Below are positions 17,054-26,389 of a DNA stretch of 64,000 nucleotides, one piece after another. The stretch comes from Pseudobdellovibrionaceae bacterium (GTDB lineage: Bacteria > Bdellovibrionota > FAC87 > UBA2466 > JACKAF01). Numbering within the stretch: position 1 is the stretch's first letter; each line of letters begins with the position of its first letter. Below the pieces are notes generated by a model that did not search any database, had not been told where the DNA came from, and was given only the letters and a program-made list of their open reading frames with translations. The translations under genes were made by a program, and so were the position numbers. The stretch lies in contig JACKAF010000003.1 in NCBI GenBank assembly GCA_020635235.1, positions 268,051 through 332,050 of the forward strand, written 5' to 3'.

Positions 17054-17431
17054 ATGCGTAGAAGCTTATTTGGGATCTTAGTTTTGGCGAACCTCGCGGC
17101 TTTGAGTACGGCGTCGGCGACGACTTTTGTCACCGGCTCGTCCCTTGAGACCCGCTTGCTCCAGGATTTTTCTCGGACGGGGAATGTCGATCAACTTAGA
17201 GCGCAAGCGGGCACCGCCTACAAGGGCCACAAACGTGAGCCGGTGCCGGCTTACCTACTTGCTTACGCGGAATACCTGTCGGGAAACCATGCCGGAGCCC
17301 TCAGCCTTGCAGAAGAATCCGCACGTTGGGCAGGGCCTGACGCCGATCCACGCTACCAAACCACCGTTCGGCGGCTACGAACCGGGGAGCCCGATCCCTT
17401 CCCTTACTCGACGGCCCAGAAGAAAAAATAA
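17054..17431 (+). CDS. small secreted hypothetical protein
   Basis: The ATG at 17054 is preceded by AGGAAG and starts MRRSLFGILVLANLAALSTASA, a signal peptide. I recognise no family. Confidence 0.6.
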   Translation: MRRSLFGILVLANLAALSTASATTFVTGSSLETRLLQDFSRTGNVDQLRAQAGTAYKGHKREPVPAYLLAYAEYLSGNHAGALSLAEESARWAGPDADPRYQTTVRRLRTGEPDPFPYSTAQKKK

Positions 17432-17533
17432 GCCCAAAAAATAAACTGCTGGGCTCTTTAGTGGCCCTTTAATCAATGGTACTAATCTAGGAACTGATTG
17501 TTGCGATTTTCGGTTTAGGCTTTCGAAACTGGC

Positions 17534-18823
17534 ATGGAACCGAAGCGGGGAGAGGACGTGGCCATACAATCCATACGGGGCATGCATGATCTATACGGCG
17601 CGGAAATGGGTGCCTGGTCTGCAGTGGAAAAAGTCGTCCATAAGACCTTCCAGGATTTCGGTTACAAGGAAATCCGGACACCGGTATTGGAAAAGATCGA
17701 AGTCTTCAGTCAGACGGTCGGCGAGGACACCGACATCGTACAGAAACAAATGTACACTATCGAGCGTTCCGACGAGCAACTGGCATTGCGTCCGGAAGGG
17801 ACTGCCGCTTTCGTTCGGGCGGTTATCCAACACCAACTACACCGGCTACCCGGGGCCCAGCGATTTTACTACTACCTACCGATGTACCGCTATGAGCGGC
17901 CTCAAAAAGGGCGCCAACGCCAGTTTTTTCAATTTGGCGGTGAGCTGATCAACGATGCTAGCCCGGAAGCGGACGCTGAGATCATCACACTTTTGGATCA
18001 GATTTATAAAGCTCTCGGACTGAGCCACTACGAAGTCCGGATCAACACCTTGGGCGATTCAGAGAGCCGGGCCGCGTACCGTAAAGCTCTCGAAGAGTAC
18101 TTCCGGCCATTGCTCGGGGAACTCAGCGAAGATTCAAAAGCCCGTTTCGAGCGCGCGCCGATGCGCATTTTGGATAGCAAGCACGAGGCCGATCAAAGTG
18201 CTGTCCAGAAAGCTCCTCGCATTGGAGAGTATCTGACGGATTTCGCAAAGGCCCATTTTGAGAGCGTAAAGCAACGGTTAAACCAAGCTGGAGTTTCTTT
18301 CATAGTAGATCCGCTTATCGTCCGAGGGCTTGATTATTACAGTTTGACCGCGTTCGAGTTTGTATCGGACCAGCTCGGCGCGCAAAGTGCTTTGGGTGGC
18401 GGTGGTCGCTATGACGGTTTGGCGGAACGCTTCGGGGAGAAACCTATTCCCGCGGTTGGTTTTGCGCTCGGGATGGAGCGTCTGATGCTCGCCTTGGAAG
18501 CTTCTCAAAAGATGCCCAAAGTTCCGGCGGGGCCTTTTCTATATCTGGCTCCCTTAGGCGCTGCTGCCTTTGAACGTTTCTACCCTTTGAGTTTGGAACT
18601 GAAACGTCACGGACTGGGATGCGAACTTCTCTACGAAAAGGACAAGAACCTCAAGTGGCAACTTAAGCAAGCCAACCGTTGCGGAGCGCAGTACGCTCTG
18701 CTGTTGGGCGAGGAAGAAGTTGCCAAGGGTGTGGCAGTATTGAAAAACATGTCGGATGGGGGACAAAAGGAAATTGGGCTGGACCGAATAGTGGAACAGC
18801 TGAAACAGGTGCACAGCACCTAA
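17534..18823 (+). CDS. hisS: histidine--tRNA ligase
   Basis: It has IQSIRGMHDL, LRPEGTA and YYYLPMYRYERPQKGRQRQFFQFG class II motifs. An alternative SD-preceded GTG start lies at 17558. Confidence 0.95.
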   Translation: MEPKRGEDVAIQSIRGMHDLYGAEMGAWSAVEKVVHKTFQDFGYKEIRTPVLEKIEVFSQTVGEDTDIVQKQMYTIERSDEQLALRPEGTAAFVRAVIQHQLHRLPGAQRFYYYLPMYRYERPQKGRQRQFFQFGGELINDASPEADAEIITLLDQIYKALGLSHYEVRINTLGDSESRAAYRKALEEYFRPLLGELSEDSKARFERAPMRILDSKHEADQSAVQKAPRIGEYLTDFAKAHFESVKQRLNQAGVSFIVDPLIVRGLDYYSLTAFEFVSDQLGAQSALGGGGRYDGLAERFGEKPIPAVGFALGMERLMLALEASQKMPKVPAGPFLYLAPLGAAAFERFYPLSLELKRHGLGCELLYEKDKNLKWQLKQANRCGAQYALLLGEEEVAKGVAVLKNMSDGGQKEIGLDRIVEQLKQVHST

Positions 18824-18838
18824 AAAGGATGGCGGATT

Positions 18839-20647
18839 TTGGGTCTTAAAAGGACAGGGTACACCGAGAGCATTGCAGTAGCCGAGGCAGGTCAGCAAGT
18901 CGTGCTTAACGGCTGGGTGGATCGGTGGCGGGATCATGGTGGCGTTATTTTCATCGACTTGAGGGATCGCACCGGTATCGTGCAGATAGTATTTGATCCC
19001 GGTGAGAAGGTCTGCTCCAAGGAACTTGTAGACTCTGCCGCGCGTTTACGCGCGGAATTCGTTGTTGCGGTTCGCGGACGCGTGCGTTTGCGTCCAGCCG
19101 GAATGGAAAACGACAAACTTGCGACGGGCAAGAAAGAAGTCCTTATCGAAGAAATGGAAGTTCTCAACCGGGCAAAGCCTCTTCCGTATTCTTTGCACGA
19201 GGATTCCCCAAGTGCCGGTGAAGTCGATGAGATGTTGCGTCTAAAGTACCGCTACTTGGACCTGCGTCGCCCCAAACTCCAAAACAATCTTTTTATTCGC
19301 AATGAGTTTTGCAAAGCTACCCGCCAATTCTATTGGCAAGAGGGTTTCATTGAGATCGAAACGCCCATTCTCTACAAAACTACACCAGAAGGAGCGCGGG
19401 ATTATCTGGTTCCGAGTCGAGTGCATCCTGGACAGTTCTACGCCTTGCCTCAGTCTCCGCAGACATTGAAGCAGCTTTGCATGATTAGCGGCTTTGACCG
19501 CTACTTTCAAATCGCCAGGTGTTTTAGAGATGAAGACTTGAGAGCGGACCGGCAACCTGAATTCACTCAGGTCGATGTGGAAATGTCCTTTGTGGATCGT
19601 GAAGACGTACTCGCGTTGCACGAACGGTTGATGGAGCGGGTTTTTGACAGTGTATTGGGAGTAAAGGTAAAGCTCCCGTTCACTAGAATTTCCTACGCTG
19701 AGGCGATGGAACTTTACGGTTCGGATAAGCCAGATTTGAGAAACTCACTCAAGCTTGTGGACTTATCTGAATCCGGGAAGAAGTGCGACTTTCAAGTTTT
19801 CAAAAGCGCTTTGGCCTCAGGCGGGATTCTGAAGGGGCTGTGTGTTGAAGAAAAACAACCCCTCTCTCGCAAAGACCTCGATGCCCTTCCCAAAGAAGTG
19901 GCGCCTTTTGGTGCAAAAGGGGTTTCGTGGATTCGTATCAAGTCACCGGGCGACTGGCAGGCACCGCAGGCAAAGTTCTTTTCGGATGAGCTCAAGAAGG
20001 AAATTGAGGCGCAGCTGCCGTTCACTTCGGGGGCGATGCTGTTTTTGATGTGCGGGGCGCCCAAAATGGTGAACCAGTCGCTTAGCCACTTGCGCACGGT
20101 GTTCGGCGAGCGCTTCGGCTACGTAGATCAAAACGCGTTTAGTTTCCTCTGGGTGACGGACTTTCCGCTATTCGAGTACGACCCTGAAGAAGATCGGCTC
20201 TACGCGGCTCATCACCCCTTCACCTCGCCACACCCGGAGGACACCCAAGCGTTCTTGGACGCGAAAGACAACCAGGCGCTTCGTAAGATCCGTGCGCAGG
20301 CCTATGACATGGTACTCAACGGTTACGAAATCGGGGGAGGAAGCATTCGTATTTTTCGTCCGGAGGTGCAGGCGCGCATGTTTCGCGCGCTTGGGATCGA
20401 GGACGAAGAAGCCAAAACTAAATTTGGATTTTTTCTGGAGGCCTTGGAGTACGGCACGCCTCCGCACGGTGGTATTGCTTTCGGCGTCGACCGCATTACG
20501 ATGCTACTCGCGGGAACCGATGCGATTCGCGATGTGATTGCCTTTCCGAAAACCCAAAAAGCGACTTGTTTGATGAGCGAGGCACCTTCCGGGGCAGATG
20601 CCAAGCAGCTGGATGAGCTTTCCATTCGCCTCATTCCAAGGGAGTAA
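18839..20647 (+). CDS. aspS: aspartate--tRNA ligase
   Basis: It has [24 protein letters not shown] (OB fold), [22 protein letters not shown] and GGGSIRI. The start is TTG. Confidence 0.95.
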   Translation: MGLKRTGYTESIAVAEAGQQVVLNGWVDRWRDHGGVIFIDLRDRTGIVQIVFDPGEKVCSKELVDSAARLRAEFVVAVRGRVRLRPAGMENDKLATGKKEVLIEEMEVLNRAKPLPYSLHEDSPSAGEVDEMLRLKYRYLDLRRPKLQNNLFIRNEFCKATRQFYWQEGFIEIETPILYKTTPEGARDYLVPSRVHPGQFYALPQSPQTLKQLCMISGFDRYFQIARCFRDEDLRADRQPEFTQVDVEMSFVDREDVLALHERLMERVFDSVLGVKVKLPFTRISYAEAMELYGSDKPDLRNSLKLVDLSESGKKCDFQVFKSALASGGILKGLCVEEKQPLSRKDLDALPKEVAPFGAKGVSWIRIKSPGDWQAPQAKFFSDELKKEIEAQLPFTSGAMLFLMCGAPKMVNQSLSHLRTVFGERFGYVDQNAFSFLWVTDFPLFEYDPEEDRLYAAHHPFTSPHPEDTQAFLDAKDNQALRKIRAQAYDMVLNGYEIGGGSIRIFRPEVQARMFRALGIEDEEAKTKFGFFLEALEYGTPPHGGIAFGVDRITMLLAGTDAIRDVIAFPKTQKATCLMSEAPSGADAKQLDELSIRLIPRE

Positions 20648-22293
20648 TGGCTGAAGCGACTACAAAAACTTACGATGTAGCGATCATTGGTGGGGGCATT
20701 AACGGGGTTGGCGTGGCGCGCGACTGCGCGATGCGGGGACTCTCCACAATTCTTTTTGAAAAAAATGATCTGTGCGCGGGAAGTACTGGAGCGTGTTCCG
20801 GAATGATCCACGGGGGGCCGCGCTACCTAGAAACCGAGCGCGAAACCACACGCAAGTCCTGTGAGGACAGTGGGGCAATCCAGCGCATTGCTCCCAACCT
20901 CCTTTTTAGAATTCCCATACTCATTCCGGTCATGCAGCAGGATCCGAAAATCTACATGGAGATGGTCGAGACCTTTTGCACGGCTTATGACAGCTTTTCT
21001 GCCATCAAAGGGGGGAAGCCACATGTTCGTCTGAACCGAGCGGAAGTGCAGGCGCTAGATCCGGGTTTTAGCAAGGATATCGTTGGTGCGGTGTCGATGG
21101 ACGAATGGGGAACGGACCCCTTTCGTTTGGTGATCCTGACTGCAAAGAGCGCGGTGGCGTCTGGGGCGGAGATTGTGGTCCCTGCCAAAGTGCAGGAAGT
21201 GGTTACCGAAAATGGCAAAGTGAAAGGGGTAAAGGTCGCGCGGGACGGGCATGGCGTGGAGTTTGTTTCGGCAAAGACCGTCATCAACCTCGGTGGCCCT
21301 TGGGCGCCGTTTATTGACTCCAAGAAAACCCGTTCCATTCAGATGCGACCATCCAAAGGTGTGCACCTGGTACTCGACCGTCGTATCGTAAACGTGTCGC
21401 TCGTCTGCAAAGCCATCGATGGCCGCGAGAGTGTTTTCATTCTCCCGCATGAGCACACCACTATCATCGGTACCACGGATGACGACTATTACGGACATCC
21501 GGATAGAGTAACGATTACTCAGGATGAGGTGGGTTACCTGATGCAGGCGGTTCACCGCTATTTTCCGGATTTGCATGAGTATCGGATCATGCGCGCTTTT
21601 GTGGGAATACGTCCCACGGTCTACGGATGGGGAATGAGCGAGAGTTCGCTCAGTCGCGATCACGAGATCTACGATCATAAAAACGATGGTGCGGACGGTC
21701 TCTACTCGATGATTGGCGGCAAACTAGCTGCCTACCGTCTGATGGCGGAAGAGATGACCGACAAGATTTGTAAGCGGCTGGCACGAAAGGAGAGTTGTCG
21801 AACGCACTTGGAGAGTTTGCCTGGCTGTACAACAGAAATGCCGTGGATAGAGGAGGCTCGCCGCACTGGGGTGGATCCTTTGACTGTCCGACGCCTTTTT
21901 TTCCGTCATGGATCGGAGGCACACAAGATTTTGGAGGCCGCGAGAAAGGATCCGGAGTTGCGCCAAACGTTGTGCGAGTGCGATCAGGTTTTGGCAGCGG
22001 AAGTGGAGTACTGCGTGCGCGAAGAGTGGGCCAAGAATCTCGGGGACGTGCGGCGACGCACCCGCCTGGGTATGGGGCCTTGCCAATCCTGTCGGTGTGC
22101 AAACCAAACTGCGCTCTTCATGGGCCGGCTTTTTAATTGGAACGCCTCCGAAGTCGACCAGGCTTCTCAAGATTTTGTGGCACGACGCTTTCGGGGGAAC
22201 CTGCCTGTTCTCTTTGGTGAACAGGTGAAGCAGGAAGAATACGCGCGTGCTTTACACCTTTATTCGACGGGAGAAGGTCATGGAGACCTTTGA
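20647..22293 (+). CDS. glpA: FAD-dependent glycerol-3-phosphate dehydrogenase, anaerobic-type subunit A
   Basis: It has YDVAIIGGGINGVGVARD (FAD) and a C-terminal BFD-like Cys cluster (CECDQV...GMGPCQSCRC). The start overlaps the aspS stop (TAATG). Confidence 0.85.
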   Translation: MAEATTKTYDVAIIGGGINGVGVARDCAMRGLSTILFEKNDLCAGSTGACSGMIHGGPRYLETERETTRKSCEDSGAIQRIAPNLLFRIPILIPVMQQDPKIYMEMVETFCTAYDSFSAIKGGKPHVRLNRAEVQALDPGFSKDIVGAVSMDEWGTDPFRLVILTAKSAVASGAEIVVPAKVQEVVTENGKVKGVKVARDGHGVEFVSAKTVINLGGPWAPFIDSKKTRSIQMRPSKGVHLVLDRRIVNVSLVCKAIDGRESVFILPHEHTTIIGTTDDDYYGHPDRVTITQDEVGYLMQAVHRYFPDLHEYRIMRAFVGIRPTVYGWGMSESSLSRDHEIYDHKNDGADGLYSMIGGKLAAYRLMAEEMTDKICKRLARKESCRTHLESLPGCTTEMPWIEEARRTGVDPLTVRRLFFRHGSEAHKILEAARKDPELRQTLCECDQVLAAEVEYCVREEWAKNLGDVRRRTRLGMGPCQSCRCANQTALFMGRLFNWNASEVDQASQDFVARRFRGNLPVLFGEQVKQEEYARALHLYSTGEGHGDL

Positions 22294-23572
22294 CGTTTTG
22301 GTATTGGGGAGCGGCGCTGCGGGATTTGCCGCTGCGGTTACGGCTAAGGAGCAGGGCGCGTCGGTCGCGGTCCTAAGTCGAGGTGCCGGCGCGTCTGCGG
22401 TTTCTTCTGGGGCTTTTGATTTTGGAAGGCCGGCCGCACAAGGATCTCCGACCGATTTCGCCTCCCGCACCCAACACAATACATGGAAGAGCACCTATTC
22501 GAGGCTTCTTGCCGATCCGGGAAACCCTCCCTCGCCAGTGGACGCGCAAAGAGTCTTTATGGGGATCGAAAGAGCACTAGGCCTTCCGCTAAAAATGAGT
22601 TGGGAAAAAGCTCTACTGCTCCCGGTTAGCAATGGTCATTGGAAGCAAGTACACGTGGCTCAAGCTGCCCAAGCGGGTATTGATTTGGAAGCCATCCAAG
22701 GGAAAAAGGTGGCCTTTGTGTACCACGCTTCCTGGAGGCTCACTGCCCGTCCATTGTGTCGGCAATGGGAACAAACGGCTGAGATGAATTTTGGGAAGAA
22801 AGTGGAGATCGAGGCCGTTGACCTTTCGGCCTTATCGCCTATGCCGGACGCTCCGCTTCCGGTAGTGGCTGTGCGTTTGCAGCGAGACACAGAATTTCGC
22901 ACACGGTTTTTCCAGATGGTCGCAGAAATCGGGAAAGGGGTGGACGCCGTTCTTCTCCCGCCGATCTTCTTGGATCCTAAGTTTTTGGAGAGCTTGCAAA
23001 AAGAAGTACAAAAGCCCGTTTCGGAGTGCTTGGGAACAGTGGAGGCGGTACCAGGTAAACGTTTGCAGGACTCGATTTTTTCTGCGCTCGATCGGGCGCA
23101 GATTCCACTTTTTAGAGCGGATCACATCCGTGCCGAAATCACCGACGATCTGGTTTCTGGGGTGGACTACTGGAACCAGGGGGACTCGGGACCCAGAAAG
23201 CTCCGGGCAGGAAAATACGTGCTGGCGAGCGGAAAGTTTTTTGGTGGGGGGGTGGACCTTCAGTACGAGAAGCTTTCAGAACCTCTTTTTGGTCTGCCGC
23301 TCTATTGGTCACGTCAGGAGTCTTTTGCTGAACGGCGAGCGGAACTTCCTTGGTCGGATAGAGGCTTTTTCGAGTCTCAAACTTGGTCTCAGCTGGGTGT
23401 TTGGGTAGACGAGCGGTGGCAGCCCGTTGGGCCGGACAACAGGGCGGTACTCAACAATGTCTTTGCCTGTGGAAGCGTAATTGGCGGGCTGGATTTCGCT
23501 CGAGAGCGTGTGGGCCTCGGCTATATGATTTATTCGGGAGGGCAGTGTGGTCTCGTGGCTGCAAAAACTTGA
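22280..23572 (+). CDS. glpB: anaerobic glycerol-3-phosphate dehydrogenase subunit B-like flavoprotein
   Basis: The ATG at 22280 is preceded by GGAGAAGG and starts METFDVLVLGSGAAGFAAAV. Its size and its position after glpA fit glpB. Confidence 0.75.
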   Translation: METFDVLVLGSGAAGFAAAVTAKEQGASVAVLSRGAGASAVSSGAFDFGRPAAQGSPTDFASRTQHNTWKSTYSRLLADPGNPPSPVDAQRVFMGIERALGLPLKMSWEKALLLPVSNGHWKQVHVAQAAQAGIDLEAIQGKKVAFVYHASWRLTARPLCRQWEQTAEMNFGKKVEIEAVDLSALSPMPDAPLPVVAVRLQRDTEFRTRFFQMVAEIGKGVDAVLLPPIFLDPKFLESLQKEVQKPVSECLGTVEAVPGKRLQDSIFSALDRAQIPLFRADHIRAEITDDLVSGVDYWNQGDSGPRKLRAGKYVLASGKFFGGGVDLQYEKLSEPLFGLPLYWSRQESFAERRAELPWSDRGFFESQTWSQLGVWVDERWQPVGPDNRAVLNNVFACGSVIGGLDFARERVGLGYMIYSGGQCGLVAAKT

Positions 23573-23990
23573 GGCGAAGCTAGTCCTGGCGGGATTGTTT
23601 TTTGTTCACCTCATCAAGCGAGTTCTATTCTTTTGGAAAAAGAAGCCCGGCCTAAACGAATTTTTGCAGAACTTTCGTGGGGACAACATTACCCCGGTAG
23701 GGGCGGAAGAACGAAAGCTTTTTCCGGAGTTTCAACGTTGCCAGGTTTGCTCGCTTTGCACCTTTTCCTGTGAAGCCATTGCTGCCGGCAGGGCGCCCGC
23801 GGGCTTTGAACCTAAGTTTGTGCTGCTTGGCTTCGGACGTTCCGCCCACGAATCGGAATATTTTTTTGATGAGTGGCTGCCTTGTTTGGAGTGTGCTTCC
23901 TGTACGGTAGAGTGCCCGACTCACGTCCCTGTGCACGCTATGGTGGCGACAGTGGTGGAGCGGCGCAAGCACGTCGCGTATCGCAAATAA
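23547..23990 (+). CDS. membrane-anchored 2x[4Fe-4S] ferredoxin-like protein (truncated GlpC-like)
   Basis: It has an N-terminal TM helix (LVLAGLFFVHLIKRVLFFW). It has two cluster motifs, CQVCSLCTFSC and CLECASCTVECP, and no CCG domains. It overlaps the glpB 3' end. Confidence 0.7.
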   Translation: MVSWLQKLEAKLVLAGLFFVHLIKRVLFFWKKKPGLNEFLQNFRGDNITPVGAEERKLFPEFQRCQVCSLCTFSCEAIAAGRAPAGFEPKFVLLGFGRSAHESEYFFDEWLPCLECASCTVECPTHVPVHAMVATVVERRKHVAYRK

Positions 23991-24034
23991 AAAAGAGGGA
24001 AAAGACGAACACACGTACGACAGTGTCTTTTCCC
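23988..24034 (-). terminator. intrinsic terminator (potentially bidirectional) between the glp operon and the lipoprotein gene
   Basis: It has a perfect 10-bp stem, GGGAAAAGAC/GTCTTTTCCC (23997-24006 / 24025-24034). On the minus strand it is followed by TCTTTTTTATTT. Confidence 0.75.
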
Positions 24035-24061
24035 CGTTCGAACAAACTTATTGTTTAGGAT

Positions 24062-24538
24062 CTAGAAGCTGCCAAAGCCGTTACCGAATCCCGGAGGGAC
24101 CGGCAATGCACAGATGGCATCAACGCCGCCAGTATTATCTAGGAAGCCGCCCGTAGTAAAAGGGCGAATAGCGAGTACTTGGTAGTTGGCGATATCTGAG
24201 ATGGTGATCATGCTCGAAATTTCGGCGTCGACCTGAACGGTCGCCTGATACGTTGTAACCTTATAGGCTGTGGCGGAGCTGTTCACGATACCGATCTGAA
24301 TGATGTCTCCGTTAGTGGCTTGGTAAGGAATAACCACCAAGTCCACATCCACTCCGTTGCCTTTAGGAATTGTGTAAACATCGAAGCTGCCAAGGTTGCC
24401 GTCACAATATCCAAAACCAAAGCTATTAGAAAGTAGGTTGGATCGCTTCTTTGAACAGCTCGTCAAAGACAAAGCGAGAGTGAGAACTAACGCTAGCACC
24501 CACCATTTTCTAATAACAAACAAAATTTTCCCCTTCAT
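24062..24538 (-). CDS. hypothetical lipoprotein
   Basis: It has a signal peptide with the lipobox LSLTSC. GGAG lies 9 nt upstream of the ATG. I recognise no family. Confidence 0.65.
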   Translation of the reverse strand: MKGKILFVIRKWWVLALVLTLALSLTSCSKKRSNLLSNSFGFGYCDGNLGSFDVYTIPKGNGVDVDLVVIPYQATNGDIIQIGIVNSSATAYKVTTYQATVQVDAEISSMITISDIANYQVLAIRPFTTGGFLDNTGGVDAICALPVPPGFGNGFGSF

Positions 24539-24882
24539 GGCTCAACTCCATCCACTGCAAGTAAACGTCTGCTGGTACTCAAAAGCTATATGTGCAAGGT
24601 TGATTCCAACTTTGTGGAAGTGGGGCAAGGGTTCGGAAACCATTATGTGTTCAATTTGTCTTCGCCCCCCCCGCGGATCTGTCGAGGTCTCAGTAGGCCT
24701 TCGACACCACACAGGCGGAATGCAGCGCAAACCTGGAAAAATCCGATGAATTTTAAGTGCTTAAGTGTGTTTAGGAAGGCGACCAGTGAATTAAGCACCT
24801 GTCGAACTTGTATTCAGCTCTGTCTAGCGTCTGGAAGTTTCCGCTAACTAGTTGTTTTGAATAAGAAGACCCCATGTCTAAA

Positions 24883-24978
24883 AGGTACCACCTTACTTTT
24901 GACACAAAGCTGTGGATTGTTTTGTGCGTGAGTCGGGAACGTTATCCACAGGCATGAGCCAAAAGGAACGTGGTACCT
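24883..24978. repeat. 96-nt imperfect palindrome (35-nt arms, 26-nt loop)
   Basis: The outer perfect 9-bp pair is aggtaccac/gtggtacct and the inner perfect 8-bp pair is ctgtggat/atccacag. Equal 18-nt spacers lie between them, with 11 of 18 positions complementary. The element overlaps the PilZ gene stop codon. Confidence 0.7.
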
Positions 24979-25510
24979 AGAGGCCGAGGTCGGCGTCGGT
25001 ATCGCTGAACTCTGAGATGTCGTCGGGTTCGAACAGGGTGCAAATGCGGTTTACGCGGTAGCGTAACTCGAGCAGATCCAGTCCCTGCAGGGCAGGCATC
25101 CGTTGCAGGTAGCGCTGCACTTCGCTGAGGTTGGGTTTGTCGGGCGAGAGGATTTTTTTGAGCTCAAGGTAGCCCATTTTTTCGTTGAGAATTTGTAGAT
25201 TCAAAATCGATTTTTGCGATTCGTTTAGCTCCAAAAACTGGAGCCCCGCTCCGCAGTCTACTTCGCAGCGTTGCTTGTCAAAGACGATGTGCGCGAGGCG
25301 GGACTTTACGGACATGCTCCCCGCTTGATTCGGGAGCAAAAAAGTCGTGGTGACGATGGTATCGATGGGATAGGGGTCCAAGGTGAGCACGAACAGACCG
25401 CCGCGACTGAAATTTCCGGCGTATGCGGTTTTGGATGTCTTCCCGTCTGAAAAGATCACCCGATCGTGGTACGGCAGTCTGTAATCCTTGCGTCTATCGA
25501 CCATGGACAT
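24977..25510 (-). CDS. PilZ domain protein (c-di-GMP receptor family)
   Basis: It has an RxxxR motif (RKDYR) and a (D/N)xSxxG motif (NFSRGG) at canonical spacing near the N-terminus. Confidence 0.75.
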   Translation of the reverse strand: MSMVDRRKDYRLPYHDRVIFSDGKTSKTAYAGNFSRGGLFVLTLDPYPIDTIVTTTFLLPNQAGSMSVKSRLAHIVFDKQRCEVDCGAGLQFLELNESQKSILNLQILNEKMGYLELKKILSPDKPNLSEVQRYLQRMPALQGLDLLELRYRVNRICTLFEPDDISEFSDTDADLGL

Positions 25511-25521
25511 GATCGCTTACC

Positions 25522-25812
25522 TCATTGAAGTAGTTGCATTAGGGATTGGCGATCTTCATCGGAGATGGATTCCTCTTCGTTTGTGCTTTTGGAATCCGCT
25601 GCTTTTTCAGGCTGCTTTCGCTTGGGTACCAATTCAATATCGCCGATCGCCGAAACGAGCTTCCTAGGAGTCTCGCTATCTGACACGATGTTCCACAGCT
25701 TAGTGGTTTTTTCATAAACCAATGCGCCGATCGGTTGGTTACCGATCTCGAACTGACTTAGGAAAAGTACCAGTCCAACAAAAAGAACAAGTTTGATAAG
25801 AAGTTTGAACAT
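25522..25812 (-). CDS. small membrane-anchored hypothetical protein
   Basis: It has a TM helix (MFKLLIKLVLFVGLVLFL) followed by an acidic tail. The ORF is open to 25836. Confidence 0.5.
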   Translation of the reverse strand: MFKLLIKLVLFVGLVLFLSQFEIGNQPIGALVYEKTTKLWNIVSDSETPRKLVSAIGDIELVPKRKQPEKAADSKSTNEEESISDEDRQSLMQLLQ

Positions 25813-25892
25813 GCGGGTCTTTTTTAATTGTACCACAACGACCAGAATTCAGATTATAATGAAAGTATCCCACTATCTTCAGGGAGACTCTC

Positions 25893-26333
25893 ATGGCACA
25901 GCACGATCGTCAGACGTGCGATGAGAGTAGTGGACAGTGGCTCCCCCTCACGGAGTATTCCGTGAAGACCGGAGTCAGCACCAGTACCATCCGACGAAAA
26001 ATCAAAAGCAACAGCATTCAGTATAAGTTGGAAAACGGACGCTATCTGTTGTTGTTAGATGATTTGGATAAATCAATGAACACCATGCAAACGAGCCCAA
26101 TCCGGCCTACCACGCCGGCAACCACAACTGTGAACGCAACACCCAAAGCGGCTCCAGCCGGTGCCATTGATCCTGCTGTTCGGATAGTTACTGCGGCCTA
26201 CGAGCGAACTCTCAGAGAAAAAGATGAGAGACTCGCCCTTCTTCAGCGACAAAATCAGGAATTGCGTGAGCGTTTGGATGAGCTGCGCACACTGGTTCAG
26301 GCATTAGAAGAAAAGTACGAAGTCCGCTACTAA
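25893..26333 (+). CDS. HTH (excisionase/MerR-like) DNA-binding protein with C-terminal coiled coil
   Basis: LPLTEYSVKTGVSTSTIRRKIKSNSIQYKLENGRYLL resembles HTH_17/MerR-type helix-turn-helix. A Pro/Thr/Ala linker follows. The C-terminus has a heptad-like stretch, LALLQRQNQELRERLDELRTLVQALEEKY. Confidence 0.65.
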   Translation: MAQHDRQTCDESSGQWLPLTEYSVKTGVSTSTIRRKIKSNSIQYKLENGRYLLLLDDLDKSMNTMQTSPIRPTTPATTTVNATPKAAPAGAIDPAVRIVTAAYERTLREKDERLALLQRQNQELRERLDELRTLVQALEEKYEVRY

Positions 26334-26389
26334 ATCGCACAAAATTCATTCACCGGAACTGCAGAGGCGCCAAAGCGCCGGGGCATCCT

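Noticed and set aside
16854-17133. Two small minus-strand ORFs: a 73-aa ORF (16912-17133) and a 17-codon hydrophobic mini-ORF, MLICFVITLISALGMLL (16854-16907).
   Set aside because: The 73-aa ORF is antisense to the signal-peptide region of the 17054 gene. The mini-ORF has no Shine-Dalgarno sequence and is too short for a TM helix. Neither has support beyond being open.
20323-22170. Several 110-210-aa antisense or alternate-frame ORFs within aspS/glpA (20323-20811, 20985-21338, 21055-21678, 21650-22102, 21724-22170).
   Set aside because: They overlap genes with unambiguous family signatures. Their Arg/Pro/Ser-rich composition and lack of RBS mark them as shadow ORFs.
24911-24950. A perfect DnaA-box 9-mer TTATCCACA (24942-24950) with an inverted imperfect copy TGTGGATTG (24911-24919), considered as a possible oriC or DnaA-regulated site.
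   Set aside because: About 0.5 perfect boxes are expected by chance in 64 kb on both strands. There is no AT-rich unwinding element, no cluster of further boxes, and no dnaA/dnaN neighbourhood. The two sequences are better explained as the inner stem of the 96-nt palindrome.
24539-24976. A possible c-di-GMP riboswitch next to the PilZ gene, or another known ncRNA (SRP RNA, 6S, tmRNA, RNase P RNA), in the long gap.
   Set aside because: I could not find the conserved cores by eye on either strand: the GEMM GGCAAACC...ACGCAAAGC arrangement, the SRP GGAAGCAGCC domain IV, or the RNase P GAGGAAAGTCC. The only partial match (cgcaaacc) is on the strand with no downstream gene. An Infernal/Rfam scan is needed to be sure.
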